A stretch of 32,000 bases of DNA from Ostreococcus tauri (lineage: Eukaryota). Under the pieces are notes generated by a model. The model saw only the letters and a list, made by a program, of their open reading frames with translations, was not told the origin of the DNA and did not search any database. The position numbers and the translations under genes were made by a program. The stretch spans positions 253,719-285,718 of the forward strand of contig CAID01000011.2 in NCBI GenBank assembly GCA_000214015.2, in the 5' to 3' direction. Within the stretch, counting starts at the first letter, position 1. Each line of letters opens with the position of its first letter. Below are positions 23,909 to 32,000 of the stretch, in pieces.

Positions 23909-25390
23909 ATGGCGCCGCGGGCGAAGCGTCAGCGTCAGCGCGCCGATCCCGACGTCGAGGCGTCGGGTGACGACGATGATGCGATTCGAGAGACGATGTC
24001 GAAATCATCATCATCGTCATCATCGATGACGCCGCCGTCGCAGTGCCCGTACCTGGACTCGATATCGCTCTCGAATCTGGACTTTGACTTTGAGAAGCGG
24101 TGCTCGATATCGTTGTCCCCGGTGCACGTCTACGCGTGCCTGACGTGCGGGAAATACTTTGCGGGACGCGGACCGAGGACGCGCGCGTACGAGCACGCGC
24201 TCGAGCGCGGACATCACGTGTACATGCACCTGGATCAGGGCACGACGTGGTGCTTGCCGGATGGCTACAGAATCGGTCCGGAGGAGTCCAACGCGACGCT
24301 GAAGCGGATTAAGGACGTATTGCGACCGAGGTACGACGAAGAGAGAGTGAGCGAATTGGAAACGGGCGGACCGCAGTGGCGACGCGCGCTCGACGGGACG
24401 GATTTCTTGGTCGGCGTCACGGGTTTGAATAATATTTGGCAATCTAACGGGCGGGACGACGGGATGAACGCCGTGGTGCAGGCGCTCGCGCGCGTGGGGC
24501 CGTTGCGCAGAGCGCTGTTGTTACGCGAGGAGGACGAGCTGAACGCGCGACGAGGTCATCACCAGACGTCTTTATTCTCCGCCTTGGCCAATCTCATGAA
24601 GAAGATGTGGAACGCGAAAAACTTCAAGGGCCACAGCAGCCCGCACGAGTTCTTACAAGCGGTGCGCAAGCAGTCGAAGGAGATGTTCGGAGGCGTCAAA
24701 GCGTCAAAGACGGCGGCGACGCGCCCGGACGCGATGCAATTCTTACGTTGGATGTTGAACGAGTTGATTCGTGAGGAGAAGAAAGACATCGCGAAGAACG
24801 CATCGTTGTCGGGAGACATCTCCTCCGTCGTCGAGGCGTGCTTTCAGGGTGAAGTCGAAATCGTTCCCGAAGGCGATCCCGACCTCGCCGCCTCGTCGGC
24901 GCCTAGAAAGACGTCCAAATTTCTCATGCTCTCCATGGATCTCCCAGCCGCGCCGCTGTTTCAAGACGTGATGGAGAAGAAGATCATTCCTCAAGTTTCG
25001 CTCGAGCGGCAGCTCCTGAAAAAATTCGATGGAACAAAGTTTAGGATCACCAAGCTTCCCGAGTACCTCATCGTGACGTACTCGCGATTCACGAAGAATA
25101 ACTTCTTCGTCGAGAAGAACCCGACAATCGTGACGTTTCCGACGCGCGGATTGAACATTGCCGATCATGTACCGATCGACGACGTGAAGGGTTCGACGAC
25201 GTACGATCTCATCGCGAACATCGTGCACGACGGAACTCCGGACGAGGGATCGTATCGCTCCATGGTGTACCACGCGTCGGATAAAAATTGGTACGAGACG
25301 CAGGATTTACGCGTCTCCGAGGTGCTCCCGCAGCAGGTGAGCCTCACGGAAACGTACGTGCAAATCTACCAGCGACGCGACGGAAAGTGA
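23909..25390 (+). CDS. USP39: U4/U6.U5 tri-snRNP protein USP39/Sad1 (inactive ubiquitin hydrolase-like)
   Basis: CPYLDSISLSNLDFDFEKRCSISLSPVHVYACLTCGKYFAGRG..AYEHALERGHHVYMHL matches the USP39 ZnF-UBP almost residue for residue. GLNNIWQSNGRDDGMNAVVQAL lacks the catalytic Cys, as in USP39. The start is at MAPRAKRQR. Confidence 0.9.
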   Translation: MAPRAKRQRQRADPDVEASGDDDDAIRETMSKSSSSSSSMTPPSQCPYLDSISLSNLDFDFEKRCSISLSPVHVYACLTCGKYFAGRGPRTRAYEHALERGHHVYMHLDQGTTWCLPDGYRIGPEESNATLKRIKDVLRPRYDEERVSELETGGPQWRRALDGTDFLVGVTGLNNIWQSNGRDDGMNAVVQALARVGPLRRALLLREEDELNARRGHHQTSLFSALANLMKKMWNAKNFKGHSSPHEFLQAVRKQSKEMFGGVKASKTAATRPDAMQFLRWMLNELIREEKKDIAKNASLSGDISSVVEACFQGEVEIVPEGDPDLAASSAPRKTSKFLMLSMDLPAAPLFQDVMEKKIIPQVSLERQLLKKFDGTKFRITKLPEYLIVTYSRFTKNNFFVEKNPTIVTFPTRGLNIADHVPIDDVKGSTTYDLIANIVHDGTPDEGSYRSMVYHASDKNWYETQDLRVSEVLPQQVSLTETYVQIYQRRDGK

Positions 25391-25439
25391 TCAGAAAAAG
25401 ACTTGGTCGTAGATTTACAAGCACTAGTGTATTCTATCG

Positions 25440-26114
25440 TCAATCGTACCCGAGCGTCTCCAGCGCCCGCTCGAGCTCAGCCTCGAGGACGGGCGCGTCC
25501 GCGACTCGCGCGAGCTCGCTGTTCTCCACCGCCCCGTGATCAGCCGCGCTTCTCAACGAATAAATTACTCGCCACTCTAGCGACCGCGCGTGCACCGGAC
25601 CGAACGACCTCGAGTCCTCGTGTCGCCCCTTCTTCCCAACCACCTCCCCGTCCGCGTCCGCATCCGCGGTCACCCACGCGTGATCCTTTGGCACCACGTA
25701 CACGCTCGCGTTCGTCACGTCCACCAACTCATCGCCCTCCAACGCGCTCACTCTTCGCACGAGCGTTCGCGAATCTCCGCTCGGGTGCGCGAACGCGACG
25801 ACGTCCCCGACGCGCGCGCTTCGAAACGGATGCGCCAATCGACGCGTCAGTAAGTATTCTTTCTCTCCCAGCGACGAACCCGCGCTCTTCCCCCTCGCGT
25901 CGTTCGTCGAGCCCAGCGACGGCTTCATGGCGCCACCGCGAAACTCAAAGATCCGCGTCATGGCGTCCTCGCTCGCCGCTCGCACCGCCTCCGCGAGCGG
26001 CGTCGCGGGCGTTCTGTGCGTCGCGCTCGAGCTCGCGCGGTTCGTCGACGTCGGGTCGTCCGCGGCGTCGTCCACGGCGTCTTGGGCGGTGACGGAGAGC
26101 GGTGACGACGACGA

Positions 26115-26149
<35 letters not shown>

Positions 26150-26327
26150 CGCTGGACGAACCGACGGCGCGGGAGGACGTGGCGGCGACGAGGGTCGGAA
26201 GAAACAGCGTCATGATTCGTTCCCACTGGTAGGAGAGCCTGAGGGCGGAGGGTGCCATGTCGGCGCGCGTGGAGAGGCGGAGAGTGCGGAACGCGCGGAG
26301 CGCCGCGACGCGGATGGTTAGTTTCAC
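25440..26327 (-). CDS. Signal peptidase I (S26) / mitochondrial inner membrane protease IMP-like protein, catalytic residues apparently substituted
   Basis: RGGAMKPSL versus GxSMxP(T/S)L. VGDVVAF..TLVRRVSALEGD versus GDiV...iKRViaLeGD. VPKDHAWVTADA...DSRSFGPV versus vP.GH.wV.GDN...DSR.fGPv. The start is uncertain (26327, 26258 or 26213). It has a poly-Ser insert. Confidence 0.7.
26104..26148. repeat. (GAC)n trinucleotide microsatellite, about 15 units with one interruption; encodes the poly-Ser run of the minus-strand gene
   Basis: Read directly: gacgacgacgatgacgacgacgacgacgacgacgacgacgacgac. Confidence 0.85.
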
Positions 26328-26382
26328 GACGTTAGACGATGGCGTTACAATTAATTGTCCATCCTAGGTGCGTGACTACGTT

Positions 26383-28518
26383 CTATGCATCCTTGGTCTT
26401 TTGCGATGCGGTCGTCGTGTTGGTTTGCGACGGCTCAGTCGTCGGTCGCGGCGAAGCGTTCGCCGGTTGCGGTTGCTGTTGCTGTTTGCTCTTGGGTGGG
26501 ATCCACTCCTCGAGTCCGTGCCAAATCCTCGGGGTCGTTGACTGCTTCGGCTCTGTGTTCGGCTTTTGCGGAGTTGCCTTGACCGGTTGCGCCGCCGGCT
26601 TTTGCTGCGGCGTCGTGGCCTTGGGCGCTTGAGCCTTCGCCGCCGTCGTCTGCTGTGCCTTCGGTGTTTCAACCGCGGGTTGATTATCGCCCTTGCCCTT
26701 TGCCAGTTTCTCGTGCTGCTCCGTCTGAACCACCACCTTGCCCGGAGCGTCGGCACGATTCATCACTCCTGCAACCTTCATCGCGTGGTCTTTGAGTCTG
26801 TAGCATCGATCGCCTCGAGGACCCTGTCGTCGCCTCGGGGAGCCGGCGCCATTTTCGATGTCGTCTTGCTCGGGGCGGTTGATAGTTTTCCTGCTCGCGC
26901 AGTCCAGCTCGTCGAGGAAATCGAGTGCGTTGCGCAGACCTAGATTGGAGCCCTTGCCGGTGCGGAACCCCTGGCCGGCTATTCTACCGAGAATCTTTGT
27001 CTGGTAACCGACGCAACCCCCCTGTGACTTCGCCGTGGGAAACTCACTCGGTCCCTTTTGTAAAATCGCACACAACCCAACCTTGATATCGCTACTCATC
27101 ACTCGCAACAGCTGGCGGAATCCTGGTTGCCACGTCTTTGGATGCTGATATCGCCAATCGGTGTACTCGCGATACCTGGTCTCGTTTCGCGCTATCAACG
27201 CCAATTCGTGAACCAACGAGTCGACGTCTGGATACTGCGTGAGATCAATGAAGGATTTCTTCGACGGCATCAGCTCTCGCATGCTATCCGTGGCGGCGTA
27301 AATCGGAATTGATCCTCGTTGAAGCGCCAACCAAATCTTCTCCGTCATGTATCCCTCGCACAGCGGCGCGTTCTCCATGGCGAAGTAGAACATAAGATTG
27401 GCCATACTCATCTGATAGTCTAAGTTGTCGATGCCCCGACCTGGAAGCTTGGCCGGCTTCATCGCGTTGTTCGCGCACGAGCCCATCGAAAAGACGGGAA
27501 AGCGCTGAGAAATCTCCCAGAGAATGGCGGGTCGCGGCGGAAGGCAGTCGATCGCGATCCAAGCCACCCCAGGAGTTCTCCGACTGTGTGGGATCGTGTA
27601 CGCTGGAAAACTCTCCGTCATAGAGTTCAGCGTCGGGCCGAATGGCCACCAAAACGCCGAGCGCGTTCTGTCAAAGTACCCAATGTAGTCAAACTTCTTC
27701 ATCAGGTGGTCCTTCCTCAGCTCGCCCCCGAACGTTCCCGCGGCCTCGTGTGCGAAGTACAGATCGATTTGTCCATCATTCACCTTATCAGGCTTGTTGA
27801 ACTCGCCGTGCGGACCTTTGTGTGCGCCGCGCCAAAGGTAGGCCGACTGACTGAAGACGCGCACGTCCGCTCGGCGGCTCTCGATCGAATTGTCGCAGTT
27901 CCCCGTGACGACGTTCTCAAAGCACGATCCCGGCTCGAAAAGCGCACCGAACCCCTTGGTATACGTCGAATCCCACGCATCTCGAGCGATGTCCACGCAC
28001 AGCGTGAATCCCGTTTTAGATTTCGTCACCGCCGGCGGGTGCGCGTACTCGGTCACGTTCATTCTCGGATCGTACCCGTGAAACGCGTCCGGAAGGTACG
28101 CGTGCCGAACGGGATCCATCGCCGCCGCCACCGCGAGTGGATCGACCCTCCCCTCCGCGTTGTGACTGTACGCCTTGGCCACCGCCGCGATCTTCGGCTT
28201 GCCGTTCGCGTTCGCGCTCGGCGCGCCGAGCGCGCTCCGCGCCCCGCCCGCGCCCCCCCCTCGCGCCACCACCGCGCTCACCGCGACGCCCGCGAGGGCG
28301 ACGACACCGATCACGCCTCGCATCGTCATTCTCCCCCCCGCACCGTCGTCCGCCCGCGCGCATCGCTCGCCCGTCGTCGACGTCGTCGTCGTCCCGTCCC
28401 CGCCGAGCTCTTCGTCCGCGTCGCCGTCGCGCGTCACCGTCGCCGACGCGCGCGCCGCATCGCACGCGCGCTCGCGCAGGAGCGGCGCGCGCTCGCGCGT
28501 GGGCGTCCACGCGCGCAT
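26383..28518 (-). CDS. GT10-family alpha-1,3-fucosyltransferase-like glycosyltransferase, type II membrane topology, with P/Q/T/K-rich C-terminal tail
   Basis: LMFYFAMENAPLCEGYMTEKIWLALQRGSIPIY matches the GT10 motif (F..FEN....YvTEK.w.al..g.vPv). TM anchor MTMRGVIGVVALAGVAVSAVV. The start is set at ATG 28518, because the longer ORF start lies inside the 95-bp repeat array. Confidence 0.8.
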   Translation of the reverse strand: MRAWTPTRERAPLLRERACDAARASATVTRDGDADEELGGDGTTTTSTTGERCARADDGAGGRMTMRGVIGVVALAGVAVSAVVARGGGAGGARSALGAPSANANGKPKIAAVAKAYSHNAEGRVDPLAVAAAMDPVRHAYLPDAFHGYDPRMNVTEYAHPPAVTKSKTGFTLCVDIARDAWDSTYTKGFGALFEPGSCFENVVTGNCDNSIESRRADVRVFSQSAYLWRGAHKGPHGEFNKPDKVNDGQIDLYFAHEAAGTFGGELRKDHLMKKFDYIGYFDRTRSAFWWPFGPTLNSMTESFPAYTIPHSRRTPGVAWIAIDCLPPRPAILWEISQRFPVFSMGSCANNAMKPAKLPGRGIDNLDYQMSMANLMFYFAMENAPLCEGYMTEKIWLALQRGSIPIYAATDSMRELMPSKKSFIDLTQYPDVDSLVHELALIARNETRYREYTDWRYQHPKTWQPGFRQLLRVMSSDIKVGLCAILQKGPSEFPTAKSQGGCVGYQTKILGRIAGQGFRTGKGSNLGLRNALDFLDELDCASRKTINRPEQDDIENGAGSPRRRQGPRGDRCYRLKDHAMKVAGVMNRADAPGKVVVQTEQHEKLAKGKGDNQPAVETPKAQQTTAAKAQAPKATTPQQKPAAQPVKATPQKPNTEPKQSTTPRIWHGLEEWIPPKSKQQQQPQPANASPRPTTEPSQTNTTTASQKTKDA

Positions 28519-28603
28519 GGTGAGCGACGCGCCGCGAGGACGTCGTCGCCGTGTGCGGGCGACGCGCCATCGCGCGCATGGTGTTGGCGCGACCGCGCGG
28601 TGG

Positions 28604-28980
28604 TGTACACATCGAATTACAGAAGACTTGTGTACGTATGTGGTTATCGTATTGGAGTTGTACATAGCTCTCAATAATCGCCGACTGCGACGCCTTCGTG
28701 TATACATGGTATTTCAGACGCCTTTCGTACGTATGAATACACAGTATTGGAGATGTACATAGATCTAAATAATCGCCGACTGTGACGCCTTCGTGTATAC
28801 ATGGTATTTCAGACGCCTTTCGTACGCATACATACATCGTATTGGAGATGTACATAGATGTAAATAATCGCCGACTGTGACGCCTTCGTGTATACATGGT
28901 ATTTCAGACGCCTTTCGTACGCATACATACATCGTATTGGAGATGTACATAGATGACAATAATCGCCGACCGTGACGACC
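28604..28980. repeat. 95-bp tandem repeat, about 3.9 copies, in the divergent promoter region between the GT10 and TraB-like genes
   Basis: The anchor aataatcg recurs at 28673, 28768, 28863 and 28958 (period exactly 95). Copies 2 and 3 differ only in their last 2 nt. The flanking copies are degenerate or partial. Confidence 0.9.
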
Positions 28981-29009
28981 ATCGCGCGCGACGGGTCGAC
29001 GCGCGCGCG

Positions 29010-30377
29010 ATGGCGCGACGGACGCGCGACGTCGCGGCCGTGGCCCGATGGTCGCCCGCGCGTCGACGTCTTCCGCGCCTCGCGCGCGCGCGTGGACGGC
29101 GACGGGTCGACGCGCGCGTGGACGCGCCGGACGATGACTCGGCCGCGACGTCGCAATTCTTGCGACTGGTGCGAGATGACGAGGATGGGACGTGGGCGTT
29201 ACAGAGCGCCACCGTGACGCTGCGCCCGCGATTGGGCGCGCGCGCGACCGCGTCGACGTCGGGAAGGGGAAGAGAGCTCAAGGTGTGCGCGCTGGTGCAT
29301 TACGGGGGAGAGGAGTATTACAGAGGCGTCTCGCGCGACTTCGCGGCGCGCGAACGCGAGGGTGCGGCGACGCTGGTGGAGTTGATCACGTCGAGGGCGA
29401 ATTTGATCGATGGAAGCGTGGATGGGCGTGGGGTTAAATTGTTCAGGTTGGGGACGGAGTTGGGGCCGACGGCGGAGGCGAAGGCGCTGGCGGCGGCGCA
29501 CGGATTATCGGCGCAGTTGGACGTCTTGGACGCGCGAGAGAACGGATGGTTCATCGCAGACGTCACGCGAGAGGAATTGATCGCGCTTCGCGAGGAGGCG
29601 GGAGAGCTCGCCGGGGGTGGCGGGAAGGCGAAGACGGCGGTGGCGACGCTGCCGCCGGCGCTGGAGGCGATGGCGGTGACGGCGTTTGGACGCTCAGGCG
29701 CGAGAGATCCCGCGAGGTTGTTCACGCGATTGAGCTGTTGGCTCGTGCCGTGTCCCGAGGCTCACTTGCTGTTGCTCGATTGGGTATGGGCCGGCGGACG
29801 GCCGTCCAACGTCTTGGGCGCCATGGTGGACTGTTGCGCGAACGGCGATTTGCTCTCGGCGCGCAGGTTAGCATTCGCGCAGATGATCGTCAGCGCGCAG
29901 GCGCGCGGACCCGCCGGCGGTGGGTCGGATGAACCAGTTCTCGTCGCTCGACGAAACGATGTCGCGATCGACGGGGTGAGGAAAGCGTTCAACGCCCCCG
30001 AAATCGATCGCGTCAACCTCTTGTACGGAGGTTTGCACGCGCCCGGATTAGTCAAATGCGCCCGCGATAAGTTAGACATGGACGTCGTCGACGTCGAGTG
30101 GCGAGACGCCTGGAGAGTTCGCCCGCCAGCGAACGCATCGCCCCTTCGTTACGCCATCATCCCGCTTCTTCTCGGGATAGACGGCACGGATTGGGCGCAG
30201 ACGCTCCACGACGCCGTCGTCCTCGGCCCGCGCGCCGGCGTCCTCTCCGTCTTCCTCTACATCGTCCGCCACGGCGCGCTGTACTACGCCCTCGGTAAGT
30301 GGCTCCTCGAGTGGAACCGCCAATTATTCGACGCCGACGTCGGGCCTTCGCCCGCTAGCGTCGATAGGACCGCGTAG
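29010..30377 (+). CDS. TraB/GumN/TIKI-superfamily-like protein with transit-peptide-like N-terminus and C-terminal TM helices (tentative)
   Basis: VCALVHYGGEEYY (GxxH-like), VLVARRNDVAIDGVRKAF (RN motif) and NLLYGGLHAPGLVKCARDKL (second GxxH-like) appear in the order seen in GumN/TraB/TIKI proteins. R-rich N-terminus. Hydrophobic C-terminus. Confidence 0.55.
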   Translation: MARRTRDVAAVARWSPARRRLPRLARARGRRRVDARVDAPDDDSAATSQFLRLVRDDEDGTWALQSATVTLRPRLGARATASTSGRGRELKVCALVHYGGEEYYRGVSRDFAAREREGAATLVELITSRANLIDGSVDGRGVKLFRLGTELGPTAEAKALAAAHGLSAQLDVLDARENGWFIADVTREELIALREEAGELAGGGGKAKTAVATLPPALEAMAVTAFGRSGARDPARLFTRLSCWLVPCPEAHLLLLDWVWAGGRPSNVLGAMVDCCANGDLLSARRLAFAQMIVSAQARGPAGGGSDEPVLVARRNDVAIDGVRKAFNAPEIDRVNLLYGGLHAPGLVKCARDKLDMDVVDVEWRDAWRVRPPANASPLRYAIIPLLLGIDGTDWAQTLHDAVVLGPRAGVLSVFLYIVRHGALYYALGKWLLEWNRQLFDADVGPSPASVDRTA

Positions 30378-30440
30378 CTCTTTGATCCATCATCGGAACG
30401 ACGCACCTCAGCCAACGCCCACGCCCGCGCCCCGCACACC

Positions 30441-30812
30441 ATGACTCCACCGCCCTCGCTACCTCGAAACCTGGACCTCGAGCGTGACGTCATCACCGCC
30501 CTCAAGCGCGACGGTGCCCTCGACGCGTTGCGCGCGAAGACGATCGAACAGATCGCGAACGACGAACGGATGAAGACGTTCACCGAGTTCGCCGTCAGAG
30601 GTTCTTCAACTTTACGAAGCGAACGCGCGAGAGCGGCGTCGAGGAACGAGCTCATCGAGGCGCTCTATCGCGAGTGCGAGGGAAGCGTTTTGGAGGAGGC
30701 GCGGACGCGGACGTGGGAGGCGTTGACGACGACGGCGGAGGGCGTCGGGAGAGAGGCGTACGAGCGGGCGTTCGAGCGAGCGGCAAAGGAGCGCGAGCGC
30801 GGAGGATCGTAG
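30441..30812 (+). CDS. BOD1/Shg1 (COMPASS subunit)-like small protein (tentative)
   Basis: DVITALKRDGALDALRAKTIEQIAND..FTEFA resembles the BOD1/Shg1 core (i..LK..G.fD..R). 123 aa. Confidence 0.5.
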   Translation: MTPPPSLPRNLDLERDVITALKRDGALDALRAKTIEQIANDERMKTFTEFAVRGSSTLRSERARAASRNELIEALYRECEGSVLEEARTRTWEALTTTAEGVGREAYERAFERAAKERERGGS

Positions 30813-30883
30813 TCAAGGTTTTCGAAGGCGATTGGTGTGTAATGTACAACAGATTAGATGTGAACGAATGATCGCGCGTCTGT

Positions 30884-32000
30884 TCACCCCGGGGCGGTTC
30901 GTCGGAGGCGAGCGCTGGCGATGAGGAGGACGACGGCGACGCCGCCGGCGATTGCGGCGAGCGCGGCGAAGAATGCGCTCGGAGTGGAGAACTCGGGGTA
31001 GGTGGAGCCCAAGATGCCGCTGAAGTAGTTCCCGAAGAAGGACGAACCGAACCACAGACCGATGAGGGCGCTGAGTAAGCCGTGCGGGGCGATTTTAGAC
31101 ACGTACGAGAGGGCAACCGGCAAGGAGAAGAGCTCTCCAAGGGTGAGAAGCATCTGGGTCAGGACGATCCAGAGTACGCTCACTCGCATTGGTGAGGCAT
31201 GGGAATCGATCGGAAGGGCGCCAAACATGAGAACCACGAACGACATCGCAAGAAGAGCGCACCCGATGGCGAATTTCGTCATCTGATGCGGCTCAGCGTC
31301 TCGTCGAGCCTGCCAATCCCACAGACGTGTCACCGCCGGCGTGAATACGAGCACGAAGAGTGGGTTCAATGCAGCGACAAACTCGGTCGGTAAGCCGTGC
31401 AGATCGACGTGCTCGTCGGAAAAGAGCATCATCGTGCTCCCTTGTTGCTCGTACACTACCGAGAACCCGACACCCGCGGCGCAGACGGCGCCGACGGCGA
31501 GCATGGCGCTCGGGTTTCTTTGCGCCACCCGCGACATCTCTCTGAGCTTGGCGCCAAATCCGTCGGGAGATTCTTCGTCAGACGCCTCGTCATCGTCGAG
31601 CGTCGCACCGCCAAACTCCTCGTCATCGTTATTTCGATCGACGCTACGCTCCCTATCCTTGATCACCGTTGCCTCTTTCACTAGCTTTCGATTCGACGCG
31701 TAAATTACGAGCGCGCAACACATGCCTACCGCCGCGCTCGCAAACGCGGCTTCGTATCCGAAGTACACCCGCACCGTTCCCGCGATCAAGGGCGAGAAGA
31801 ACCCCCCCACGTTGATGCAAAAGTAAAAGATACTGAATCCCGCGTCCCTACGAGGATCGCTCGCGTCGTACAGCGCGCTCAACTGCGTCGACATTGAAGG
31901 CTTGAACGCTCCGTTGCCCACACACACGGCTAACATGCCGAGTAAAAACGCCCACTCCGTCGCCATCCCCGCGTACCCAACCGCCATAACCGTTGCACCG
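30884..32000 (-). CDS. Proton-dependent oligopeptide transporter (POT/PTR2/NPF family), N-terminus outside the window
   Basis: GNGAFKPSMSTQLSALY and FSIFYFCINVGGFFSPLIAG are POT signature regions. Multiple TM helices. The frame is open to the window edge, and the ExxERFxYY region is missing. Confidence 0.85.
   Translation of the reverse strand, partial: GATVMAVGYAGMATEWAFLLGMLAVCVGNGAFKPSMSTQLSALYDASDPRRDAGFSIFYFCINVGGFFSPLIAGTVRVYFGYEAAFASAAVGMCCALVIYASNRKLVKEATVIKDRERSVDRNNDDEEFGGATLDDDEASDEESPDGFGAKLREMSRVAQRNPSAMLAVGAVCAAGVGFSVVYEQQGSTMMLFSDEHVDLHGLPTEFVAALNPLFVLVFTPAVTRLWDWQARRDAEPHQMTKFAIGCALLAMSFVVLMFGALPIDSHASPMRVSVLWIVLTQMLLTLGELFSLPVALSYVSKIAPHGLLSALIGLWFGSSFFGNYFSGILGSTYPEFSTPSAFFAALAAIAGGVAVVLLIASARLRRTAPG

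Noticed and set aside
28519-28959. ORFs reading through the 95-bp repeats, which give the repeated peptides MYISNTMYVCVRKASEIPCIHEGVTVGDY. This includes the 28707 start of the GT10 ORF.
   Set aside because: The peptide repetition simply mirrors the DNA repeat. The array is AT-richer promoter-like DNA between two divergent genes.
28604-28980. Possible CRISPR-like array.
   Set aside because: The units are contiguous with no unique spacers, the period is 95 bp, and the context is eukaryotic nuclear.
1-32000. Reading the window as a prokaryotic operon or defence-island region.
   Set aside because: The gene set is eukaryote-specific (POLA2, USP39/Sad1, WAPL, CSA, BOD1). The tRNAs are nuclear-type without encoded CCA and have T-run terminators. 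Genes alternate in orientation with individual spacers rather than forming operons.

Overview
GC-rich, very gene-dense eukaryotic nuclear DNA with no obvious introns. I call about 21 protein-coding genes and 2 nuclear-type tRNAs. The gene content is DGDG synthase, CYP51, DNA polymerase alpha subunit B, WAPL, ERCC8/CSA, USP39/Sad1 and an organellar uS9. The tRNAs lack an encoded CCA and are followed by T-run terminators. Plant-type CCCTAAA motifs, acidic and basic low-complexity inserts, and spacers of 50-500 bp suggest a picoeukaryotic green alga of the Mamiellophyceae type (Ostreococcus/Micromonas-like). That taxonomic call is inference only. All calls were made by eye from motifs in the supplied ORF track, with no searches run. 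Most of the window is ordinary housekeeping content. The most unusual locus is 20.06-23.9 kb. It starts with a roughly 700 bp ORF-free, highly structured spacer carrying telomere-type repeats and an A19 tract flanked by perfect 19-bp direct repeats. Next comes an ORF with a GIY-YIG nuclease core, a cyclin-like D-box and three tandem zinc ribbons. Eight nt after its stop, a MULE-type SWIM module begins. An AT-richer spacer with tRNA-Glu closes the locus. Other points of interest are a bacterial-type UDP-galactopyranose mutase and an S26 signal-peptidase homolog whose catalytic Ser and Lys both appear substituted. All three head-to-head gene pairs also carry tandem repeats in their shared promoter regions, including a 95-bp repeat of about 3.9 copies. 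I found no prokaryote-style operon or defence system.
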